Part shown: piece by piece, positions 23,001-35,000 of the stretch
Layout of the letters: every line of letters starts with the position of its first letter
Numbering within the stretch: the stretch's first letter is position 1
Assembly: GCA_977016875.1 (NCBI GenBank)
Contig: CDRNST010000051.1
Location: 3,782,001 to 3,846,000 of the forward strand
Direction: 5' to 3'
Source: Pavona decussata
Taxonomy: Eukaryota
DNA length: 64,000 nt
Program-made: the position numbers and the translations under genes
Notes under the pieces: generated by a model
The model's database searches: none
Told to the model about the DNA's origin: nothing
The model's input: the letters and a program-made list of their open reading frames with translations, nothing else

Positions 23001-26000
23001 GCGAAGTCCTTGAAGACAAGTTGAGGAACCATCACCGCAACCTTGGTACACTTGGTTCCAGCGAAGCCTTGCAAGAAAGGAAACGCGTCTGTGTGTCTCT
23101 CGGTCTCCTCCAGAACAGACATCAACATCTAGTGAAGACTGTCCACGAGGCCTTGCCAACCGCACAGGAGCTTGGCGAGTCGTCGGCCTCCAAGGGAAGC
23201 CAAGAAGTTGCTTGTGCACAAGAAGGCACTGGTGGCCGTAGAGGTGATGAAGGGGTGGTGGTGGAAGACGATGACGAAGAGGACCTACAGATGTTTATCA
23301 CTCCAGCACCCAGCTGGCAGACAAGCCACACGGAGTTCGAGAGGACACGGAAGGAAGCCACCAGTGGTAGAAAGAGGCCACGATCACAAAGAGCGCAGTC
23401 AAAGAGATCGAAAAGCGGTCTGGCAATGCCATTACAAGGTACTTTTCCAGCCAGCAACAGCAAGCTGACGAGTGACATTCATTTTCTTTATTTCAATTTT
23501 GGGCATGTTGACTGCGAATGATTCCAGTCGGTTAATTGACAGTGAATAAAATGGCAGCAGTAATGTATGAAATGTTTGGTCTGTATTTCCATGCCAAAGG
23601 ATCACCTGTAGTGGAACCTCGATTTAACGATTTGCAAAGGGCCTAGGAAAATCGGTTGGTTCTATCGGGGGTTTGTTTGAAGTGAAGTGAAGACTTTGTG
23701 ATAAGGAGGTTCGTTAAATCGATGTTCCACTGTAGCAGATATGCTAAACGAACGCGTCGCGGCATTTAACAAAGCGTTAAGTTTAGGCGCGTCGCCCCTA
23801 AGAAAAGTTTTTAAGTCCAGCCCTTTTCTTCAGAGAGTCCGCAGTTCTTCCCCTTTGAAACTTGAACTCAGGATCCCTCAGAATAGCAGTCCACTGTCCA
23901 AACCCGTGATTAGTTATCCCTTCCTTTAGAAAATAGTCCTCTTCTGTTGTGAATTTCAAAACATGACGAATGTTCCGCTGAGAGCGCAAGATTCGTTTAG
24001 GCGGGGCGTCATTTTGCACTGGTTCAACAGAAGGCAGGGCGTTGGAAGTTGAATCGCCGAGTCTTGCGTTGACGTCCTCGTCCACTTCTGACCCCTTAGC
24101 GCCTTGAAGTTTCTGTAGGCACTCATGACCCTTCAAAGCAACTTCGCGGGATCGTTGCTTTTGATAGTGAACTTTAGCAACGGCAGAGCTGTGTTTTTGG
24201 TCTTCCGACAAAATCCTCTGCTCTTCGCTAGTGAGCTGATTGAGGCTCTGCGTTTCAACAATTTGGCGATAACGCGTGGGATGGATGTACTGTCCAATTG
24301 CATCAAACACCAGTTTGCTCATGATCTCGCCCAATTTACCGTGCTGGCCTCCATTTCTGTTGACGAGAACGAAATCACACTTGGGTTTAAGCAAAGGTCT
24401 AACGTACGAGATGTAACCATTGAGCGCTTGCATGTTAGCATCGGAAAGAATCAAAGAATCAAATCCATACTTTCCAGCAGTCTTGAACGTTTTCTGATCA
24501 ATGAATCCACCCTTTTCCTTAGCTGTATCAATCATGTCCACCGTCAAATATTGATAAGTCATAGGACGTGACCCCTTTACTTTGATGAACAGATACATGG
24601 CTACGAATTTCGTGGCAAATGTCAAGTCCGAGGGGTTAACTTGAGCTGGACTCGATTTGCAAATCTTCACGGTATTTTCGTAGCGCGGCAGATGGAATTT
24701 CACGACCTCCAACAGCTCCTCCATTGTTGCCCAGTGGCCTCTTGCTTCCAGTGTTTCAATGTCTAAATCTTGTGTCCACTGCAATCGCATCATCTTTGCA
24801 ACTGTCTTTCGCGCTCTTTTGAGGTACAACTCTGTTGCAGAGAACTTTTGAAAGACTGCCTCTGATGCGCCATGAAGTTTTCTGAAGTCGATCATTTCAG
24901 AAATAGCGCCTATGTAGCCTAAACGCCCACCATGGCCGAGCTTGCATTCGTCTTGTAAGTAGTTGATAAACTTGAACAACAAATTTGGAGAACATAAACT
25001 AAAGTCCACCACGTCAAAAGTCAACTCTTCCTCGTCTTCACAACAAAATCTAAGAAACTTGAGGCATCTTGTAACTATTTGTTGCGCTGCGCGATCCTTC
25101 TTGTATCCGCCACCACTTCCAGTCAACCATTTCGTGAATACCTCGGCAATGTCACACGATAATGAAAACGAAGGAAGCAACTTTACGGCATGCTTTGGGC
25201 TCTCGGTTGTTTGATCTTGAATTGGTTTCACCATTGGAACATTTCGCGAATCCGTGATTTCTTTCGAACTGGGCTTTTCATCAAAATAAAAGAACCAACT
25301 GTGCTTGTTATAAACATGTTTTCTGCACCCTTTTTGACTTTGAAATCCATCATGGTCGCACTCTTGTATTGGGCAGTGATACAAGCTGTCGGTTTCATCT
25401 TTTTCCAAGTGAAGCCGTTTCGGTTTGGGCGACGCTCCATCGATATCCGACCAATCGACTTTATACTTCTTGCTCATTTTGCCTTTTAAGCGCATCTAGT
25501 CAACACGATCTCCTTTAAATGTGAACCATAACCGAGGAGCCGATGACGAGCAAAGGAACTGCATATATGTTTGTATTTGCCAAAGCATGCCCTTACTTGC
25601 CCGCCCTCATTACTATTGTGCAAAATTCATGACAGTGACATGCCACCAAACTCGCCCAAGCAGGTCTGAGCGCGCCTTATCGTTTGCCTCATTCCCAAAG
25701 GCCACCTTAATTTGGAAACAAAATGGGAATGCGTAGAAAAATGGTCCAAAATCTGTTCTGAAACGACCAACTTGGGAACAATATGTTCTATTCACAGAGA
25801 GGAACTCGAAACAAAACAGTCCTAAATGACCAATTCGGGAACAATGTGTTCCATCAACAGAAAGGAACTCGGAACAAAACAGTCCTTAATGACCAATTTG
25901 GGAACAATGTGTTCCATCAACAGATAGGAACTCGAAACAAAACAGTCCTTATTTATCAATTTGGGAACAATGTGTTCCATCAACAGATAGGAACTCGGAA

Positions 26001-29000
26001 CAAAACAGTCCTTATTTATCAATTTGGGAACAATGTGTTCCATGCACAGATAGGAACTCGGAACAAAACAGTCCTAATTTATCAATTTGAGAACAATATG
26101 TTCCATTTACAGTTGGGAACTCGGAACAAAACAGTCCTTATTTATCAATTTCGGAACAATGTGTTCCATCAATAGATAGGAACTCGGAACAAAACAGTTC
26201 TTATTTATCAATTTGGGAACGAAGTGTTCCATTTACAGATAGGAACTCGGAACAAAACAGTCCTAAATGACCAATTTGGGAACAATGTGTTCCATCAATA
26301 GAAAGGAACTCGGAACAAAACAGTCCTAAATGACCAATTTGGGAACAATGTGTTCCATTTACAGATAGGAACCCCGGAACAAAACAGTCCTTATTTGTCA
26401 ATTTCGGAACAATATGTTCCATGCACAGATAGGAACTCGGAACAAAACAGTCCTAATTTATCAATTTGAGAACAATATGTTCCATTTAGAATTGGGAACT
26501 CGGAACGAAATATTCCTCTTTTACACTTAAGTGAACGTTTTGTTCCTACCTTGTAAAACATCTGGTCCTCTTATAGTCAATAGGAACACAAAAACGAGGA
26601 ACAGTCCATACTAGAGGAACGTTCCTTTTGGAATATAGGAACAGCCAACGAAACTTAAAATCAGCGAAAAAAAGAGTCAAAGACTATAGAAAAAATCCAA
26701 AAAGCGTAAGTCAAGCGCTTCGGCGAAATGAAAACGGTCTTTAAAATTTGGTGAAGTCTCATTCAATCGAAGGCAGCAAAATGCGCCAGGATCAAATTTT
26801 GGGAAATGTAGAAGAAGAAGAAGAAGAAGAAGAAGAAGAAGAAGAAGAAGAAGAAGAAGAAAAGCCCAATATAGATAGGGTTAAATTACATTGTAGATCA
26901 ACTGACTGATGTTTTGGCCACTGGTACACCCGAGACTTAAATATTTATTTTCTGTTTTCTAATATGGGATGGAAGGAGGGAGGTTACATAGAAAGGGCGT
27001 TTATCACAGAATCTGACCTCCAAACGGGACGCTCAATGGGGCTTTTGCCGCATATTGTGTTTCGGGAGCCACTTAATAAGCCGACGTCGCGTATGCGTCG
27101 GCGCTTCTATTAACATTCATTTTTCCCTTTTTCTCTAAATTCTCAAGTTTATTTTGAAAATCGGAAATTGCATTCAAATATACTAAATATTAGAGATGAT
27201 TATCGTCAATTTTCTTTTTTCAAATTTCTTGCGCGCCGCCATTTTGGATTTTTTGACGTCAAACGGTTGGCGCTATTGTCATTAAGCAGAAGTTCTTTTG
27301 TGTGAAACTATTGAGCTACTGTATTACGTCATGAAATCCAACATGGCGCCGCCCGAAAAGTTTAAAAGCGAAAATCGGCAATAATTAAATCCTGTTTTGT
27401 TCGGTACGGAAATATTATTTCCATGTTTTCGAACGAAATTTGAAATTAGGTTATATTTTCAACAATTTAACGACAATTAATTTTAAAAGTGGAGGTTTTC
27501 TTTAATAAACGGCACATCATAAACAGCTTTATAGCGAATACAAGCCGTAAAGACAGAGCATTTTGCCGTTTCAATCGTCACCTGTTCACCTTGTAGAACC
27601 GTAGATAGTACATTTTTGTTTTTGGTGTTACGCCACAAATTCAGGCTCGCCGGTGCTTGTTAAAAACAAGTTCATTAACTTTGCTTCCAAACAGATTGCT
27701 CATCAGTAGATGGCGCATCATAAAGAGTTTTGTAGGAAATTTAACCTTAAATACGGAGTAGAGGCCGAGTAGAATTTGAAAAGATTTTTTTAAAATCTTT
27801 TTATAAACTTTTCGCGCATCCTACGGTAAGCAGACTTATATAAATGATATCAAAAGAGGAATTGTGGAGCTCCGCTTTTAGGCTTGGCTAAATATATTAG
27901 TTTTTAGTGGATGGAATTCTAAAACGCACTGCAAGCAGCCAAAGAGTTGAGGATGCATTCGTGACCAAACAACTCTCAGAGATTCCATTTTGTGATCTTC
28001 AAACGATGCGATAACATTTTATCACAATAGAAAGAACATCGTCCATTAAAGCTACAATTCTTTATTTTATACTCTAGGCTGCAAGAAGGAAAGTGCTGTG
28101 CTGTGTTGTGAACAGTTGGGCAAATACGCACACATTACTCTCACCGCTGGATCACAAGGACTTGAGAATTGAATTGACGTAAATTAGTTCGGTGACAAAA
28201 CTGTAAATACATAATTAATATTCCAAAGCATCCGAAATTTTCGAGTTTATTTATTTACTTTCGATATTCTACCTTGCCTGCTTTTCAATTGTAACGGCGA
28301 AACATTGATTTCTTTAATTGAGCTGAACTCCAAATGTTGTCATCGAATTTAATATGACTTATTTTCGTCTCAAGCTACCAATCAAAAGATAAACCCACTT
28401 TAATAGCCTTTTTGCGGAAATAATTACTACCTGTACGTTAGTTTTTTAATTATTGAAAAGAAAAAAATACACGAACATTAAAAATTCCATTTGGCTCACC
28501 TACGAGAAGACCAATGACTAAAGAGTTAGCTCCAAACACCAATGCCTCAAAGACGATGTGATCCATATATTTGTCAATTTGAGAAGGCATATTTTCTTTT
28601 GGAATTCTGCTGACAGCTCCTAACACCAAGTTAACGAAGGTGACCGTAAGAGATGAGAGCATTAACTCGTTTTCGAACGGATCCACCATTGGTTTCTTAT
28701 GGGCGAAGAACACTGTGTAGATACCTGATATGATACAGGCTAGACCAATGTAAGATCTGCTTTCGCTTTCCACAAGGATCAACCCAGATGTTAAAACGAC
28801 CTTTCGAAATGTTTCTATCAGTTCCCAGTACCACGAGCAATCGTTGTAATTCTCATAAATAAATCTCAGTCCAGCGAATATCTCCGAGTTGTGAGCGTTG
28901 TTGACGGAATCATTTTCAACTCTGTTGTGAGCTCTTCGTTGCTTATAAATGAACACCAGAGATGCGGTCGGTAGTAAGATAATATAAAGAATTGCACAAT

Positions 29001-32000
29001 ATGCAACGATGACTCTTTGGTTAAATACACCCTCGCATTCAATAGTATAGTCAGCCTTGAGGAACTCGTGGCAATTTTTTTCTGCTTCGTCATAACAAAT
29101 TCTGTGGCAGGCAAGGGGAAGAACGCTTACTGTCTTTGAGCACGTGGACAGGTATGTTATGAAAAGGAAGAAAAACAAGTTTCGGTAAATCAACTCTTTC
29201 GTGTGCGACATTTTCTTCAATTTCTTTTCTTGGCTCCAAGGTTTCCTTGATAAAATGAACTTGGTAAAACCATAACAAGCAAACGCCACGACTATGGCAA
29301 AAACATTTATTGCAAGCGTGACATATAAGCTTGCAAATGCATCATACGTATCGCGCTTTAACTCTGGAAAGACGCACTGCACAGGAGCGATCTGAAGAAG
29401 GTTCAGCTGTAGCATCTCGGAGTACTTTCCAACATAGACAAGAGAGTCCGGCCATTTAATGTAAGAGAAGGCTTCTAGAATTCCAGAGGTTACTTGATAG
29501 AAGCCAATTATAATTTTTAACCTCCCAAGAATTATGTCCACTGAGGAACGTACTTTGATGTCTTTGCTTTTCTTTCTGCTTGTCCAAACCACGACAAGAA
29601 AAACTGTTAGAGATACTACCGTTATGATAGAGAGCTGTACGACCGTCCATGTCTTGGTTGGACACTTCTCGCATCTTTTTAGCCATTTGTAATGTCTAGC
29701 ACTGCACACTTCGCATAATGGACCTTCATAACCAACGTCACAAGTTGAATGTAAACCTCCCAGACACGAAACTTGTCTGGGACATTTATACAGTCGGGGA
29801 AGTTTGTGTTGGTAGGAAATGAGGACATAATCAGGCGATGAATGACTGATGTGTAGTTTCGGACTGAACGAAGCATTTTCAAGAATTCTTGTAAAATTAT
29901 TGTAAAGTTCTTTGTGTGTTGGACTCTCCTCTGGCCACTTCCACCAATAACCTTTTTTCAAAGTAGCGTAGTCATTCGTACATTCCAGTCCATCTGTGAC
30001 ACATCGTTTGCATCGTTTGAAGAGATGATAACGGTGGAATCCATCTAAACATTTACAGGCACGAAATTCTGCAAATGTACTAGTATTTGTGCCTGCACAG
30101 TCAAAAAAGAACATTTGCCAAGATTAAACATGTCACTCCGCTACAAAAATCTCGTACATAGTAAAACTTGGGAGGGTTACTGCAGTTGAGCTTCGAGTAA
30201 TAATACCGTCTTCGTTTGGCCTAACAGAAGTTTAGAAATTTCTTATTAGTTAATATACTTACACGCTCTTTAATCGACGGCAGACACGTGATCGCCAAAG
30301 GTGGAGAGCCCGAAGAGCCCTTTTACAAGTCTGTTTGAATTCTTCAATATGGTAAGTAATATTGATAGAGAACGAACTTTATTGATATAAAGTCTGTGAA
30401 CAGAATCATTAGAATTTGGTCGTTTGACGGCAATCCATAAAGAAGTGAAGAGCTGTTCAAAACCATCGCAGTACTAAACTATGCTCGGGCTAGCGATCAA
30501 ACGGGTCACAAAAATCTACGATCATCGCCAGTTTTCGTTGGGAAGGTTATAAGACAAGCGTGGTGTAGCAATTTTTATTAGTTTTGTTTGTCTACGCATT
30601 TGTTTGTCGTTTCCTCCCAAAAAACCATCATGAGACCTTGTTACGCGTCTGTTGAAATATTATGCGCAAAACACAAGGGGGCATTAGGTTGCCTGGAGGG
30701 AGATGATTGTCGCCGAAGCTCTCCGAGCATGGCACGAGGTATCAAGGGGACAAAAGAGACAATATAGGAAACTGAATACCACGTCGCTGACTCACTTGGG
30801 GTGGGGTTACGGAAACGGAAGTCAAGTTCGGCATTTACCGCACACTGAGCCTTTACTAATTCAAGTTGAAAACAACAGCTGATCATTAACTGATAACATG
30901 GTCCAATGAAGGACCGAGACTCGAGTCTTGCTTAAGAAAGAAATTAAACATTTGCAATAAGAAATCATCGTAGCATCCTTGAGAATTACGGGACTGTATC
31001 AGGAGCCATTAATGGGCTCCTGACTGTATCAAATTGTTTTACATTGAAATTTCATTTAAATTCGAGTAGCGCCACGAAACCGTTGAGGTACATTCTCGTT
31101 CGAAGAGCACAGATTATTTAACAAGGCACCATACAACAACTGCAAGAAGCCGTAGCTCTGAACCCATAAAGGCTAAAACGGCTTTGCCAACTGACGTGGT
31201 TCAAAACTAATTCAGGAGATGGTTTGTTTGTGAACTTCTAAAGGAAATTTGCCTTACCGTTTAAACGGGGAATCTTATGATTTGTCCACTGGTGCAAACG
31301 TGAAAAGGGAAAGATATATCTAAAGCTAAGACTGTCACGTTCCAGAGCAGTTTTTACTTAAGAGCCTCAAGAGCATTTAACACACTTCCAGACTTCTTGA
31401 GGGACAATACAAAATCTATAGACGTATTTAAAACTAATTTGAGGGCATACTACCTAGATTTGACTTTAAATGTGTACGATCCCGCAGTACCTCAAACTTT
31501 CAAAAGTGTCTGCATAAAATGTCATCAAAGCAGATCATTACCTGTATTATTAGTTAAAAGGTGTTGTTAAATAGTTGTCAATACTTAATTGATATGCTGT
31601 AATTTCATTTATGCAAGGAGTCTCGTGATTGGAACTTATCGTTCTGTGAGCTCTCTCCTGTCAGAGGTTTCTTCCTGATCTTTTTTTTTTCTCCTCTGGC
31701 GAAGTTTATAAATAAATAAAAATAAACGTTTCATTGTGAAATAGTAGGGAAGCGTAGAGCGTATAGAACTGCATGTTTTTTATTTCATTATTTGAAGATT
31801 TTTTGATGCGATCCACCCTTTAAGTATTGACATATCGACGTAACCTCTTACTGTCTAACATTTCTTTTCTGTGTTTTAATTCTTCTGTCGTTGTTGAGAA
31901 TTCAACAAGGTACATACCACGATAACAGATTCTAAATGGAGAAATGATTTGTTCAACGGTTTTGAAGATTTGATTGCCGGTGAACTTCTTGATACCATGT

Positions 32001-35000
32001 ACTTGTCGTTTGATATGATTTACCTTGTGGACAAGCTTTGCAGTCCCTTGCGCTAGTTCCAGGAGCTATGTCATAGGGAACGAACGTTCCAGTGGGGCAC
32101 ATTCTGCAGCTATCGTTTACATAACCTTCAGTGTCCGAGTAGAAGCCGCCTATAAGAGGTAATGAACAAAAATTTTGTGGTCATCCTGTTAATAGCAATA
32201 GTGCTGCATGTTAGGGCTTGCAGCGTAGTTTATATAATAAGATACACTTCCTTGAGTGACAAATGTCATTTTGACAACACTCCAATGAAATTAAGTAAAC
32301 TATCAAAAACAAAATATATTATTTCTTACTTTACTGCAAGTGATATCCCTTTGTTCTTTATGGCGATTATATTGAATAATCCACGGTAAACTACCAGCAA
32401 TTTGATAACCCACAAGGGGCGACTTTAAGGTGACTTGTTTGCTACATCTGGGTTGCGTTTTTTTGGTGCTAAAGATTAAAACAATTTGTTTGAATTTTGC
32501 CCCCCTAAATTAAAGATTTCTGCAAATTTTCTTTCTTTTTTTTTTTATTCTCTGTGTGGAAGGAGCTAAGAAGGAACTTACCAGCTGGACATTCTAGGCA
32601 CTTGAGCTCACCAGAACCTTTGACAGATTTATTCACAAACGTCCCCAACGGACACGGAAGCAAATGGTCTTTACTGGAAGAAAGAGCGTGGGCAAATCCA
32701 GATCGAAGAAGAGCCTCACGTAAAGATTCCCTTACATTTTCGTGCTCGTTCGAAATGTCGATGAACTCAGAATCATTCTGCCCTAAGCCGCTAAAGACAC
32801 AAAATTAATATGAAAGCGAGGTAAATGAAACACAATCAAGGTAAATCGATGAAAAAACCTAATTACGGTTTCCCAACATTGTTTCAGTTGTAAATACGTG
32901 AAGCACTTACAGGTGGACTGTGCAAGTATGATTTGCATCTACAAATCTCATGATGCCGATCTTTTCTTCATCCAAGGTTCTAGGAAAATAAAACAATTTC
33001 AATATGACTATTACTTTCACCTTCTGGTGATTTGGACAAGGTTCCAATTTATATTTCCTTAACTGGCTTTTTCAAATTGAAGTTATAAAAATAAAAAAAA
33101 AGTGAAGACGTAACGTTTCTACAAATGGAGATATCAGAAGCCTCTTCAGACAAGCAAACTTGTGCACTGATAGTACTGTGAAACATGAAAGGAAGAATCA
33201 GATAAGTTAGGGGAAAATATAAATAACTAAGCAACATCACAATTGGCCAACTTAATTGTCTAGAAACAGACAAATAAACAAGAGAACAAAACAACGCATG
33301 TGTTAAACCATTCATAGGTTTTACTTCAAGAAAACCAGGAAGTCCGTTTTATCCAGCTTTTGCAAAGCACATTTTAGTTACTGTTCTCCTATTTGTCAAT
33401 TTGGTGCCATAATTATACGCTATTTTTTACCATGGCCCTGTTAGAGCCATTTGTTATTATACATAATCAAACAACTTCTAATAATATGACTGAAAACGAA
33501 GCTACCAAATTTAAAAAAAATAAGGAGTCCATCGTATAGAAAAATAGATCTTACTGGTTTTAATGTGACTTACTGCTATCTCAACACTGTTTGTAATAAG
33601 GTATGAGTTGTGTTCCCAAAATACGTTTCAAATAACCTATTTGAACACTGTTTGTAATAATCTATAGTAGTTGTGTTCCCAAAATACATTTCAAATAGCC
33701 TATTTTAATCATGTTTTTTGCATAAAATACTTCCAAAATCGATGACAAATCCGATCCGTGTTATGAAATACAGTTTAACTATACTTCAAAATACATTTCA
33801 AACAGGTACCAAAATTTGAACATTTCTGTAAAATAGCATTAAAATACATGATGTTGCCTTCAAAATAGTGTTTAAATCATTCAAATACATTTTAAATACT
33901 TTCAAATCAGTTTTAAAATACAGCTGCTTTGGTAAGGGAACCTCCTTAAGATGATAACTCTTTTTACGGCCACTTTTTGTGGGAAAATGTCTAGAATTAA
34001 TTTCCTTGTAGCTTTTACATTTCTTCGCCAGTTTAGAGTTTCTGAATTAATAACCCATGTTATATGGGTTATGTGTGAATTAATTTAGCTGGTTATCAGC
34101 AGTTTTAGAGAAAACGAGAAATTCAAGATGAAGAATCCAAGATGGCCCCTCTGGAAAACAAATGAGGTAATTTTCACGTGATATGACGTTATCACCTTAC
34201 TTGAAGAAAAAGTCGCCATTTTTTAAGGTGAAGGTGCTTTTTTATTTTGTTAAGCTAGGAAATCTTCAATTTGAACAACATCTTTAAGTTTTGGAAGAAA
34301 TATATTAAGACTTGGAGCAATGATTTTGGCGATAGTGGAATATGGTTTGTTAGCTGTTAGAATAATGTGGTTGAAAGTTTCCTAAAGCCCAAACAGAATG
34401 TTCACAGGATTTAATAAATTGATAGCGGTAGTTCATTGTTGGAGTCAGCCTGAAAGTTTTGATTTAAATACTTTTCTATCGCGAAAAAGACAAATGAAAT
34501 GTCCTGCTTTCTAAGAATGTAAATTTTGACAAAAATGCTAATAATGCTTGTTGAGCGAGAAGCTCTCCCTTATGGATCCCGAAGCGACTAAGAAATACAA
34601 CCACATATCTCCTGTTTAAGCGTGCAGGCTGACCCAAGGGGATTTAGGACTTCAGATCTCGGGGTTGAAACATTGCGGGCGCCAGAGCTCCAAGACAAAA
34701 ATTCAGGGCTCTGGGGGTCTATGCCTTCCCTCCATGGCTCTATCTAGACAAAATCAGCAATTTTGTCTGGGTATCAACTAGGCTTCGGGATTCACGACAA
34801 AATTTTCTGGGTTCCTGCAGGGCTTCAAAGATCCCCCTTTCGGACCCTTGATCATCGATACTTACATACTAATTGCGAAGTTGTCAACCTTGTCGAACGA
34901 CTGAACGCTGAATTTTTTTAACTTCGTCCGTATTATGTATCTAAGGAAACAAAAATGTTTAATTTAAAGAGCTATTTGGTAAAATAAAAAATAATTACAG

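Larger units (their letters stand above)
18317..26861. mobile_element. SF3-helicase + tyrosine-recombinase DNA element (Crypton-like or virus-like); left end hidden in the N gap 18156-18316
   Basis: Convergent helicase (+) and YR (-) genes, repeat arrays near both ends, (GAA)17 at the right junction, nested in a MITE. No RT or capsid gene is visible. Confidence 0.8.
17651..26880. mobile_element. TTAA-flanked (piggyBac-like) MITE split by the helicase-YR element
   Basis: TTAA|CCCTATCT (17647-17658) ... AGATAGGG|TTAA (26873-26884). 17820-18155 plus 26862-26884 are collinear with the uninterrupted partial copy at 63005-63398. Confidence 0.8.

Noticed and set aside
21105-23478. Several minus-strand ORFs (up to 252 aa) over the helicase
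   Set aside because: Antisense shadows of a long coding frame.
25835-25855. GGAACAnnnTGTTCC as a steroid hormone response element
   Set aside because: It resembles an IR3 GRE/ARE, but it lies in a mobile-element tandem array, and NR3C steroid receptors are not expected in a cnidarian-like host.
25765-26512. CRISPR-like or coding (ORF 25783) interpretation of the 63-bp array
   Set aside because: Units are near-identical end to end with no unique spacers, there are no cas genes, and the context is eukaryotic. Stops occur in later units.
28450-30114. Calling the membrane exon an LGR or rhodopsin GPCR, or a stand-alone 554-aa gene
   Set aside because: No DRY or NPxxY motifs. Both ORF ends run into intron sequence and splice sites are evident.
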